This document shows positions 24,976-37,498 of a stretch of 64,000 nt of DNA, piece after piece (position 1 is the first letter of the stretch; every line of letters begins with the position of its first letter). The position numbers were made by a program, and so were the translations under genes. The stretch is taken from positions 210,862,001-210,926,000 of the forward strand of contig NC_091473.1 in NCBI RefSeq assembly GCF_036971445.1, given 5' to 3'. Under the pieces are notes generated by a model. It saw nothing but the letters and a program-made list of their open reading frames with translations, was not told the origin of the DNA and ran no database searches. This DNA is from Narcine bancroftii. Lineage: Eukaryota.

Positions 24976-25498
24976 TGTGAGAAACAGAAGTACCTTCACA
25001 GAAATTGCTCGAGACAAAAATTGAGAACAAAGAACATTTATTATACAACAATGCAAAGTTGGGTGCTTCCCCTTACCCTGGGAATACATACATACACTGG
25101 GGCTCACCCAACTTTTATACAGTTGATTTCAGTATAGAAATACCCTCCCCCTTGCATTCTTCTGCCTCCTGGATGAGTTTGGCATTAGGCAATCCTGTCT
25201 GCCTACGTGCTGTTTCTGTGAACTTAGAGGACCAGGGAGTATCCTGTCGGTGTCCCATCATGTCATTGTCCTTATTCACACCTTCCCGACTCTCAGGGCT
25301 TACTAACTTCTTATATGCAGAACTTGCTAATTCTGTCTAAAAGGCTAGAAGACCCTTATCTTATTCAGACTAACTTTACTTCCTACATTTTATTATCTAT
25401 CCTTATCCTATTCATACTGGCTTTATTCATTACACATATATCCATACTAGTTTTCTTCATCTTTCATATTTTCATATTAGTTTTACTCATCTCTCACA
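24976..25498 (-). repeat. ERV 5' LTR, 523 bp
   Basis: TGTGAGA...TCTCACA inverted termini, adjacent to the PBS. Confidence 0.93.
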
Positions 25499-25529
25499 TT
25501 ACCAATAATCTATGGAAACAATATGATAC

Positions 25530-25773
25530 TGTGACAGATTATGTCATATTTTATATTATGTATAGATATGATTTTGGAAGAGTTAAATTGGGAGTTTTAG
25601 TGTAGGTCACAAACACAAACACTTCACAAAATAGATGTCATGTAAAAAGCAAGAGCTCTGCTCAAACCTGATGCTCCAGGCCCAGTGCCTTTGTAAAGAC
25701 AATGCTGAAGGACTTCACAAGTAGGTGTTAATTGGACATGCTGTGGAGTAATGGATTATTGTTTTGAAAGGAA
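25530..25773 (+). mobile_element. Partial LTR, family X
   Basis: Starts TGTGACAGATTATG. Reverse-complement homolog of 38235-38481. Confidence 0.75.
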
Positions 25774-25783
25774 TAGGTGAGCG

Positions 25784-28700
25784 TGTGATGGTACACTGCA
25801 GTACATCACTTGGACAACAGGTGGATAAGCGACATAGCTTCTGGCCTATTGACACCTGACCCCCAGGTAGGCCCAAAGGGCTCATGGTATAAAGCCAAAG
25901 TCCCAACTGTGCTCTCTCTCTCTCCCCCAGGTTTACTGTAAGCACAGCTAGCAGCCAACTAGATATTTATGTGTGGAATAAAGCTGTGTTGCCCTAAACA
26001 GTATTGTGCCTGTGTTTTCCTTTGACACAGCCTGCCACAATTTATTCCACTCACATAAATATCTACCATATACCCCAGCAACAGGCAGGTTCTCCTAGTG
26101 TCCAATAATCACTCAGTGAAAGTAAAGGGTTACTGTGTGGTGCCAATAGAAATTAAAGGGATGGAGTATAGGGACTTCTGTCTGCTGGTCCTGGAACAGT
26201 TCTGCGTCACGGTGCTGTTGGGATTAGACTTCTAGTGCCAGCTGGAGAGCCTCATGGTAGTCCACAATGGACCACAGCCCCCCTAGTGCTTATGAGGCAA
26301 AAGCATTGTGCACTATTAATCCTTAATATCGAGCCCCATCCCTTATTTACCTACCGCACCCCAGACTAAACCATAGCCATAAATATCAGGAGGTACGGCC
26401 CCAGAGACCGAACTTTTATTAAAATGAAGACACGCCGAATGCTGCAGGAGGGCATCATTGAACCCAGCAGCAGCCCGTGGCGAGCCCAAGTAGTCGTAGC
26501 AAAGACAGGAGAGAAACTATGCTTAGAGGTCGACTACAGCCAGACCATTAATGTTCACACAGCTGGATGCATACCCTCTCCCCTGGATTAGCAAAATGGT
26601 GATTACGATAGCCCAGTATAAGGTCTTCTCCACCACCAACCTCAAGGCTGCATACCACCAGGTGCCTATCAGGAGGATCGTCCGGCCCTATATGGCATTT
26701 GAAGCCAATGGCCGACTCTATCAGTTCCTCCGACTCTCTTTCAGAGTAACTAACAGGGTATCACTGTTCCAGAGGGAAATGGACTGACTGGTGGATGACT
26801 ATAGCCTGGAGGCTATTTTCCCGTACTTGGACAATGTTACCATCTGCGGGCACTCAGTGAACAACCACAACACAAACCTAAAGAGATTCCTGGAGGCAGC
26901 CAAAGAACGCAACCTGACATACAATGAAGACAAGTGTGTGTTCGGAGCTAGGTAGCTGGCTTTGTTGGGTTACGTAGTACAGAACCGGGAGGTGGGACCA
27001 GATCCAGCTTGCATGCAGGCTCTGATGGACTTACCCATCCCCAGTATGCCTAAATCACTCAAAAGATGCCTGAGCTTATTTGCCTATTACACACAGTGGA
27101 TAACCCAGTATGCAGATAGGGCCCAGCCACTGATGAGAGCAAAAGAATTCCCTCTGCCCAGTAAGGCGGTCCAGGCATTTAACAGCCTGCACGACAACTT
27201 GGCACACATCACCATGAGGGCTGTGTGGTGAATGTCTGCCAAGCTGCCTGTCTCTCCCCTCTGGCAAGCCTTGCTGTACTAACATTGGCTGTGCATTATC
27301 TCTACTGATAAGGATACTCCTGTTAAGGACACTGTATATGCATCTATTGTCTTTCATTATAGTACCACGAGTTTCTACTAATAATAGCCATGATTATTTT
27401 TTGACCACATCGTCTTGGTCTACTTCATCAACTGGCACTTCAATTTTATTAGCAGAAATGGATGCAGCCCTCAACCCAGAGAGGCTAATAATCAACCAGT
27501 CTGCCCCGAGGGCCAAAGAAATTTTCAACCACTGGATTGGATTATTTCGATTACCACATGGCTCAAAACAATGTGGTCGATGAGGCGATACAGTAGGGCC
27601 ACCTGAACTCTGCTGAGTGAGGTCCCTTTTGCCATAATGCAAGGAGCTACCACTCCGGCTATAGCTCGGGAATGTCTGACTACTTACTATGCAGCGCCAC
27701 GGATTGTGGTGCTTGCTTGACACCATTTGCTGACTAGACGCCATTTGCTGACTAGACGCCAGAATCCCGGGGAAAGAGGTGCTGCTTAAGGCACTACATT
27801 CTATTCGGTCTTTATTGTGTACTGCAACAAATCAAACACCTCATGAACGTGTTTGCCTTTCCGAGGAAATCAGGAACTGTGATGGACTGGCCAGTCTGTT
27901 TATCTGAGCCTGGAATCGTGCTGCTGAAGGGCCATGCTCGGGCATGTAAAACAGACCACCGAGTCCAACCAGTTCAGCTACTGCATACTAACCCCAACTA
28001 CGCTCATGTTAGATTCCCAGACGGGAGTACTGACCCTGTACCCCTAAGAGATCTGGCCTTGCCTGGTTCGCCCCTTCCTCACAGCCCTACTCAGAGTGAG
28101 CCTGAGAAATTGGACGAACCCCCCCTCCCAGCCTGTGACCCCTAGTCAGCTTTCAGATGACCAAGCTGAGGCTCCACTGCCTCACGCTGGCGATTCTGGA
28201 GCGGGCCCAGAAGCCATTCCTTCCCAGACTACAGACCCAGGAACTGTACCAGTTCCCAAGGTTGCAAAGGAGCCACCTGTTTTGAGACAAAGCACCAGAA
28301 TTCGTAAACAACCTGAGAGGCTGACATATTCATAAAACATCTCATTATATTTCAATTGCTTGCTAGATACTGACATATTTTGGCTATTAGAGTATCTCAA
28401 GGCCAAACATGGTATCCATGTATCGCTTGCTTCAGTCTTTCCTAGCAGCTGTCCTTTTGATTTTAACCCTTCTTCTGCTGGGGAGACTGTGGTGAATGTC
28501 TGCCAAGCTGCCTGTCTCCCCCCTCTGGGGAGCCTTGCTGTACTAACATTGGCTGTGAATTATCTCTACTGTTAAGGACACTCCCCTTGGGTATAACTGT
28601 GTATGCACCAATTGTCATTATTGTACCATGAGTTTCTGCTAATAAAACCCATGATTATTGTTTGACCACATCATCTTTGTCTACTTCATCAACTGGCACT

Positions 28701-30122
28701 TCAGGCTGTAGACGAAACACTCCCCTTCCACCCTGAACCAGGAGGGACGCCCGGTGGCTTTCTTTTCTCAAATGCTGCAGGGCTTAGAAACCATGCACTT
28801 AGCAGTGGAGATAGAGGCCCAGGCCATAGTGGAGGCAGTAAGGCACTGGAAGCACTACCTGGTGGGCAGCCATTTTACACTGGTCACAGACCAACAGTCT
28901 GTAGCTTTCATGTTTGACAACCAGAACAAGGGGAAAATTAAGAATGATAAAATGTTACGTTGGATGATTGAACTGTCTACTTACTCGTATGACATCTGAA
29001 TCCGCCCGCTAAGTTAAATGAACCCCCGGATGCACTGTCCAGGGATGCTTGCATGACCACTCAACACATATCCCAGCTGCAGAACATTCACAGCGAGCTG
29101 GGGCACCCCAGAGTGACCAGGATGTTTCACTTCATTAAGAACGCCAACCTGCCATTCTCGGCAGAAGTGGTAAGGACTACTACAAAGGGTTGTCGTATAT
29201 GTGTGGAATGCAAACCACAGTTCTACCGCCCACCTGAGGCAGACCTTATCAAATCCACCTGGCCATTAGAGCATTTCAGTATTGATTTTAAAGGCCCCCT
29301 CCCGTCCACCAATAACAACTGTTACTTCCTCACTGTGATAGATAAGTTCTCCTGGTTCCCCTTCGCCATCCCCTGCGCAGATGTGTCCACGGCAGCAGTA
29401 ATAATGTGCCTGAAACCCATCTTCATCATGTGTGGATACCCTAACTATATCCACACAGGGGGGGGGGGGGGGGGGGAAAGCCTTCATGAGTGCCGAGCTG
29501 CAGCAATACTTCTGAGAGAGGGGGATTGCTACCAGCCGCACCACAAGCTACAACCCCCAAGGGAATGGGCAAGTAGAGAGGGAGAATGGTACCATTTGGA
29601 AGATGGTCCTTCTGGTATTAAAGTCAAAGGACCTCCCTGGTATCCAGGTGGCAGGAAGTGTTACCCAAGACGTTACACGTGATATGCTTGTTATTGTGTA
29701 CTGCCATAAACATGACCGCACATGACAGAATTTTCTCTTTTACAAAGAAATCGACCCTGAGCTCGGAGATGACACATTGGATGATCTCACTGGGCCCGGT
29801 GCTGATCAAGAAACATGGCCCAGTGCTGATCAAGAAACATGGCACGAGATGGACCCTCTGGTCGAGAAGGGAGAGCTGATCCACGCAAACCAAAACTATG
29901 CATTTGTGACTTTCCCTGTGTGAGCAATACCAGGACGTTTTAAAGGGGGTGAATGTGATGATACACTGTAGTACATCACTCGGCCAACAGGTTGCCTTGA
30001 GACACAGCACCCGATCTAATGACATTCGACCACCAGGTGGGCCCAGAGGGCCCATGGTATAAAGCCTAGGTCTTGACCATGTGCTCGCTCTCTCTCTCTC
30101 CCCCGGGATCTCTGTAAGGACA
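25784..30122 (+). mobile_element. Gypsy element Y, gag-deleted; LTRs 25784-26039 and 29954 to the gap
   Basis: Related LTRs, RT (QLDAYPLP, YLDN), RNase H, integrase (SIDFKGPLP) and PPT AAAGGGGGTGAA. Confidence 0.88.
27224..28703 (+). mobile_element. Internally deleted Gypsy element Z nested in Y; LTRs 27224-27442 and 28488-28703
   Basis: TG...CA LTRs and 5-bp TSD GGCTG (27219-27223, 28704-28708). The gag start MDAALNPERL is joined to an integrase tail. Confidence 0.93.
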
Positions 30123-30322
30123 NNNNNNNNNNNNNNNNNNNNNNNNNNNNNNNNNNNNNNNNNNNNNNNNNNNNNNNNNNNNNNNNNNNNNNNNNNNNNN
30201 NNNNNNNNNNNNNNNNNNNNNNNNNNNNNNNNNNNNNNNNNNNNNNNNNNNNNNNNNNNNNNNNNNNNNNNNNNNNNNNNNNNNNNNNNNNNNNNNNNNN
30301 NNNNNNNNNNNNNNNNNNNNNN
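30123..30322. other. Assembly gap of 200 N
   Basis: Run of N with a round length, so probably a placeholder. Confidence 0.99.
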
Positions 30323-30440
30323 TGGAGATTGAATTCATGATCCTGCAGGTCATGGCTGCAAATGATGATTGTTGCCCAGAAAGGCTCATAAAATTTGTCT
30401 TAAAGAATTAACAACAATTTAAAGCAAAAGTAACCTACAC

Positions 30441-33295
30441 TGTAATAATGAGAAACCATGAGAACCCATCTGTGAACTGTGCAGTTTGAAAGCTGGCTAG
30501 ACACCTGCGACCTTGAAAAGATAAGCCAGGAGAATTGGCAGGAAGCCCAGGAAATGTTCTTATAAACAAGAGATTTGTATTTGTTTCCACACATATCCAT
30601 TCAGCCAGCAGTAAATTCTCTTAAAGGTACAATGTAAGATACAAATTTATTTACAGTTCTCAGGAACCAGGAGAAGATGCAGTGTGAAGAACCCAAGATG
30701 GATAAGGAGAAGTCGCGTCGGGCTAAAGACCTCAAGCAAATAGATCCTCTCAAAGAACTGCTTGGCAGGAGGTAGGAGCCAGCCACCAAAGAAGAAGCGG
30801 CTTCAACTACCAAGCAAGAAGAGGACTCTGTCAAGGCACTGCAGGCCTCATTAGCTGGCTTAAAGGTTAGTGGAACTGAAACAGATGAATGTAAATTGCA
30901 AAGCCCCACTGGTTCTGTACCAAGCGAGATGCTAAAGATAGAGACTCAATTGGCAGTATCTGAAAGTTCAGATTTGAATCTTGATGATAGTTCAGATATT
31001 TCCAAGGTTATGAGTGCAGGAAGATCTTCAAAGGTATCTAGAGCAAGTACAGCTTCAGGTGCTTTAAGCATATCAACTAAGCATGTTAAGGCACAAGCAG
31101 CTACTGTTTGTGCACAACAAATTGGCTGGAGAAAAGATGTGCTTTGGAAGATAGGGAAGTTCAAATTAAGAATCAGCCAGAAGAACAAAATAGATTGTTG
31201 AATAGAGAAAAGACTAGAGCTTGACGAACAACGTGCTTTGAATATGGCCAAAGTGAAAGCATAACCTCAGGCTTCTGCAAGATTTGTCACTCAAAGTGAC
31301 ATCCTGAAGGGCTGGCACCCAGCATTCCAGTAGAGCCATGGATGACACAGCTACAAGAAACAAATATTCTTGAACTAGGAGCTATGGGTGCCACTGCTAG
31401 TGCGCAAATGACAATGACCAATCCTAGAGAAAGAGCTAGCGACATCCAATCTCTCCAGAGTGCACAATACAAGGATCTTCCTGAAAGGAGGGTATTTTGA
31501 AAAAATTCAACCATGCAGTTGATCATATTCAACAACCAGCTACAAATAAAGGATCTCCACCAATGATATCACTTATAAGTCAAGGTCCCACACCTATGGC
31601 ACTAGTTCAAGATCCATTTTCTCCATTCACCTCAAGACAACCAGTCACAAGCCATGGTGGACAGGACAATATATCGCTCAAAGCAAAACAAAATTAAATT
31701 TCTGCTATGTTAGCACAGCAACAAGGTTCATATGATTTGCTTAAGAAGGAAATTCCAGGTTTTAATAGTGATTCATTACAACATCTGACGTTCATAAAAT
31801 CCTTTGAACATCACATTGAAAGTAATAAAATGCTAAAGATTATTTTTATTACCTGGAACAGTATACTAGAGGACAGGTGAAGGAGTTATTCAAAAGTTGC
31901 CAATATATGAATCCAGAACAAAAGGGCAAAAGAATTATTGCATCATCATTATCGCAAGTGCCCACATAGACAAGATTCTTTATTGATCCTCTTTCTGAGA
32001 GGATGTAATGCAACGGGAAGTCATGGACATTTACCAGAGCTGAATTTGCTTGCTAATTTGTCGATTATTATAAACAAATTGCCTTATAAGCTGAAGGATT
32101 TATGGAGAACCAAAGTTGCAGAGCTTAAAATGCTTCCAAGAAGGGATGCCACTTTTGAGGATGTTGTACAACTTTTGAATGGCATGTGCATGTTAACAAT
32201 GTACCAGTATTTGGAAATATTAAGGATACTTCAATAGTTCCTAAAGATGTAAAGAAGTAATTATCTCAACAGAAACCAAAGGGAAGGACCTTTGTTTCTG
32301 CTGTGTTAGATACAAACACAAGAAAAAATAAGGAAAGAAAGGAAAAGGAAGATCAGACTATTTAGGAAAGCTGTTTGTATTGCAAGGATAAGCATGCTTT
32401 AGAAAGATGTTCATGATTGGAGAAAAAAAAATCACATGACAAGAAAGTAACCTTTGTTTTGGCTGCTTGTATAAAGAACACATCAGCAAAACTTGTAATA
32501 AGCGATTTAGTTGTGATATAAGCAGCTTAAAGCATCCCACGTTACTGCATATTCAAAAAAGTCAAGTTGAGAAGGAAGACAAACAATCTGAATCCAAGAC
32601 TTAAAGACACAGTCAGAGAGGATGCTTCACCTTCGGTCCAGACAAACAGTCTGACTGAGGCCAGTGACAGATCTCTCTCAATAGTTCCTGTGCAGGTTAA
32701 AGCTAAAAAGGGGAGCTTCATACTGAAGATCAATGCATTTCTTGATCCAGGAAGTACTGCATCATTTTGTACTGTTGAATTAATGAATAAAATTAATCTT
32801 CATGGAAAAAGATCACAGATCTTATTGAAGAGGATGAATGATGAAAGGAACATTGAAACTAATATAATTTCAGGTTTACAGATTGCTGGATTGAATAGCA
32901 ATGAATTTTTGCAATGTTCCAAGTGTATATACTCAGAAGATGATGCCAGTGAATAAGGAGAATATTCCATATCAGAATGATATCAAACAGTGGGCTCATC
33001 TAAAAGATATTTGCTTACATAAGATTGATGCCAAGATTGAGATGTTATTTGGATTAGATGCACCAAAAGGTATTGAACCTCTAGATTCTAGATGTAATGA
33101 TGGACCTTATTCTGTGAGAACATTGCATGATGGACAATTAATGGACCATTAGGAGGAAAAATTAATAATGAGCAGGAGACATTGAATGTAAATGTCAACA
33201 GAATTTCAGTTGTCAAACTTAATGATCTGTGGGAACAACAATTTAAAATTGATTTTCCTGAATGTCTCACAAATATTCAAGAACTTTCAAAGGAT
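30441..33295 (+). mobile_element. Degenerate BEL/Pao LTR retrotransposon (gag and protease)
   Basis: YYLEQYTRG, IINKLPYKLKDLWR, LCFGCL..H...C knuckles, SIVPVQV..AFLDPGSTASF, WEQQFKIDFPE. Confidence 0.8.
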
Positions 33296-33780
33296 GTGAA
33301 GAAGCGTAAGCATGAGAAAATTTTCTTTGAATTGATATGTATCTCTTTAAAGTTTGAGCTTCTTTATATACATTTTATATCTCCATCAATATTCAGTAAA
33401 TACTTTGTTATTCATCGTTATGAAAATTTTAATGCAAAGCTTTGCAAAATGTGTATATTTATCAACAAATTAAAACTACGTAAAGGAAGAGCCACAGAGT
33501 TTGTTCCCGCTTTTTGAATTTGAAATTAGGATTTATTAGAAAAAGGAAAGTGCCATCTATACTGCCCACCTGGTTAAGGGTGGCGGCCAGGGAAAAGTTG
33601 AACACATTGTTTTCCACCTGGAATGGGGTGGATTCAACCATAGCTTGCATTGCAGCCTTGGCAATGTCTGCCTTGATGTGGCTTAAGACCGCACTGGCCT
33701 TTGACTTCAGGGGAAAAGAGGTATATTTGACAAGGGGGCATGCCTTGTCTGGGGACCCACTGGGCATAGTAGAAGTAGCC

Positions 33781-33999
33781 TGTAGCGTGTCGAATGACAC
33801 AAATACTTGTTAGCTCAAACCAAGGATTTAATCAGCAAAAGAATGGAGCATATTACAGCACGGTCGACCAGTCCAGACTGACTTAGGTCTGGCTAGCAGC
33901 AGTCCTTTATGACCTGCCAGTAGGCATGGCTAAAACTCTCAGTCAATCACAACAGCTATAAGCAAATATATATTGGTGATAGTATCCTGAACTGTCACA
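33781..33999 (-). mobile_element. Solo LTR, 219 bp
   Basis: TGT...ACA ends and TSD TAGCC/AAGCC. The host frame KRCRG|FYYAQW rejoins across it. Confidence 0.8.
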
Positions 34000-34141
34000 A
34001 AGCCTCGGCACCTTTTCATAGTTCCAAAAGAGGGCACATGTGGTTGGGATCGGGACCAATGTTTCCATCCTCTGCGATGCAGTCAAGGTTAATGAGGTGG
34101 GTTATGCGAGATACACATTTATCCTTATTGTATGCAAGGTT

Positions 34142-37100
34142 TTTTTTAAAAGACTTTATTTAAAATTTTTATAACATGAATACAATAAAGAATTACATTT
34201 AAAGAAAAATAGAAAAAAAAATTTAAAAAGGTATGATTACAATATTACATCAGGAAACTACACAAAATAATGCCCCCCCGTTATTTGTAACACAATAATA
34301 ACACAAAAACCTCACAAAGATAAGCGTATACAGAGCCGTTGTCATACCCACACTCCTGTTCGGCTCCGAATCATGGGTCCTCTACTGGCATCACCTACGG
34401 CTCCTAGAACGCTTCCACCAGCGTTGTCTCCGCTCCATCCTCAACATTCATTGGAGCGCTTTCATCCCTAACGTCGAAGTACTCGAGATGGCAGAGGTCG
34501 ACAGCATCGAGTCCACGCTGCTGAAGATCCAGCTGCGCTGGGTGGGTCACGTCTCCAGAATGGAGGACCATCGCCTTCCCAAGATCGTGTTATATGGCGA
34601 GCTCTCCACTGGCCACCATGACAGAGGTGCACCAAAGAAAAGGTACAAGGACTGCCTAAAGGAATCTCTTGGTGCCTGCCACATTGACCACCGCCAATGG
34701 GCTGATATCGCCTCAAACCGTGCATCTTGGTGCCTCACAGTTTGGCGGGTAGCAACCTCCTTTGAAGAAGACCGCAGAGCCCACCTCACTGACAAAAGGC
34801 AAAGGGGGAAAAACCCAACACCCAACCAATTTCCCCCTGCAACCGTGTCTGCCTGTCCCGCATCGGACTTGTCAACCACAAACGAGCCTCCAGCTGACGT
34901 GGACATTTACCCCCTCCATAAATTTTCGTCCGCGAAGCCAAGCCAAAGAAGATTAATAGTCTAACTTAAAATTAGTCCAACCCTCCCCCCCAAAATAAAG
35001 ATTGAAGAGTTAATAAAATTGACATTATATAAGAAAAAAAAATACCCACTTACAAAAGAGATAAAACTTAACCTAAAAAAATTCTAACAACAACAAAAAA
35101 AAAATTGTCAATACTAAAATATCACACTTAAACATATATTTAAATCAAACTTAAATGCATATAATTAGCAAACGGAGTCCACTTTAAGTTATAAAAAGAC
35201 ATCTTATCCTGAATTGAAAAAGATATCCTTTCCATAGTCAAACAAAATTTCATTTCCAAATACCACTTATCTAAAGCTAGTATATTTCTATCTTTCCAAA
35301 TAAGTGCTATACATTTCTTAGCCCCAACTAAAGCTAAATAAATAAATGAAATCTGATAATCCTCTAAACCTAAATCGATTAATGATTGCATGTTCCCTAA
35401 TAAAAATATATCGGGATCTAATACAAGATAGATATTATATAAACTGTTAAGAACAGATTGAATACCTTTCCAAAACTGTTGCAATCGATCACAAAGCCAA
35501 ACAGTATGCAAAAAAGTATTGGCCGTCTGATCACATCGAAAACAGGAATCCAACTTTCTAAAACCAAATTTTTTAAATTTTTCTGGCGTTAAATATAGCT
35601 GATGAATAAAATTATAATTAATCATCGCTAGTCTAGCATTAGTTAATTTCCGAATACTATTCTGACAAATTTCCATCCAAGCTTCTTCAGCTATTTTATG
35701 TCCTAAATCTTTTTCCCATTTCAACTTATCTTTATCCTAGTCTTTTTTACTATCAATTTCTTGTAAAATACAATACAAATCAGATATATATCCCTTTTTT
35801 TGGTATTGAAAGTACATATTCTTCAAAACTAGATTCAGGCAATAAAATCATATGTCGACCACATAACTGTTTTACAAAAGATCTTAATTGATAATATACA
35901 AATGTAGAATTTGCACTAATATCATATTTCCTTTGTAATTCGTCAAAGGAACAAAAACAACCCTCAGAAAAACAATCAGATAAATTTTTTATTCCCTTCT
36001 TTTCCCATTGTTTCAAAGTGGCATTGGAGACCGTAAAAGGAACAAGTTGATTATTATATAATGGCAATCTTCCAGAATATATATTTTTAAGTCCCAATTT
36101 TTTAAGTTCACTTGTCCATAAATTCAATAAATGTTTCAATATTGGCACATCATAAGTTTGTAATAAATTTTTCTTCCATCGAAACAAAAACTCATGAGGA
36201 AATTTTTCTAAAATAACCGCCATTTCTATCTTTACCCAACTAGGTGGGTCGTCCATATTCATTAATGCACTAAGAAATTTGAATTGAGCTGCTTCATAAT
36301 AATGCTGAAAATTCAGTAATCTTAAACCTCCAAATTGAAAATCCCACATCAATTTTCTCATTGCTACTCTTGGAAATTTTCCCTTCCATAAGAATTCTCT
36401 AATCGCTTTATATAAATCCTTAAAAAACTTTAAAAAAAAAAGGAATTGATTGAAACAAATATTGTATTCTAGGAAAAATATTCATTTTTATGGCATTAAT
36501 CCTCCCTAGTAAACCCAAAGGTAGACCCCTCCACCTAATCAAATCTAATTTAATCCTTTTTATTAAAGGAAAATAATTAATTGAATATAATTCTTGAAAT
36601 TCCGTATTAACATTAATTCCTAAATATTTAATTTGTGTAGTCCACTTCAAATTTGTAATATTTTTATATACTGAATAATCACCGTTACAAATTGGTAAAA
36701 TTTCACTTTTAGCCCAATTTACTTTGTAACCAGTTAATTGGCCATAAATTTCTAAACGTTCTTGAATTGCAGGTAAAGAAATATCCAGATCCACCAAATA
36801 TAATAAAACATCATCAGCAAATAAATTAATCTTATATTCCTCATTCAGAACTCTCATACCTTTAACATTTTCATTTTGACGTATTAATTGTGCTAAAGGT
36901 TCAATAACTATAGCAAATAAAGCAGGTGACAACGGACATCCTTGTCTAGTAGATCTTGTCAAACTAAAAGATTCTGAAATTTGGCCATTAACACCAATTC
37001 TAGCCTTCGGGCTATTATATAAAGCCTTTATCAACCCAATAAATGAAGAACCAAAACAAAATTTCTCAAGTACTTTGAACAGAAACTTCCATTCCACTCT

Positions 37101-37305
37101 ATCAAAAGCCTTTTCTGCATCCAATGAAACCACTATTGGATAATTCAACTGAAATTTAGATTTATTTATCAAGGTAATTAACTGTAAAATATTATCTGAC
37201 GCATACCTGTTTTTTATAAATCCCGTTTGATCACCATGTATAATTTTAGGCAGATATTGAGCTAATCTATTAGCCATAATTTTAGCTACAATTTTATAAT
37301 CTACA
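34142..37305 (-). mobile_element. 5'-truncated L1 (RT to 3' end)
   Basis: 16-bp TSD TATTGTATGCAAGGTT (34126-34141 and 37306-37321), poly(T), and ORF2 fragments homologous to 10339-12491. Confidence 0.95.
34305..34952 (+). mobile_element. 5'-truncated RTE LINE inserted in the L1 3'UTR
   Basis: QLRWVGHVSRM...RGAPKKRYKD and 3' end GCCAAGCCAAAGAAGA. Confidence 0.9.
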
Positions 37306-37498
37306 TATTGTATGCAAGGTTAAGGAGTTTGGTGGTCTGGAGTAATATATTGAGAGTGGACTCATGATCTTGCAGGTCATGGCTGCAAATGGTGATGTTG
37401 TCTAGATACGGGAATGTGGTCTGCAACTTGTATTGGTCTACCATTCAGTTCATTTCCTGCTGGAAGACTGAGATGCCGTTGGTGACACCAAAGAGAAC

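Larger units (their letters stand above)
19571..25498 (-). mobile_element. Class I (gamma/epsilon-like) endogenous retrovirus lacking env and most of the 3' LTR
   Basis: 5' LTR, tRNA-Pro PBS, gag and pro-pol in order. Confidence 0.93.

Noticed and set aside
29458-29476. Long G run (another at about 39535-39551)
   Set aside because: Homopolymer expansions inside dead elements, with error-prone length.
27722-29843. Short tandem duplications (18 bp near 27722, 24 bp near 29793)
   Set aside because: Two-copy slippage events, not an array or CRISPR-like structure.
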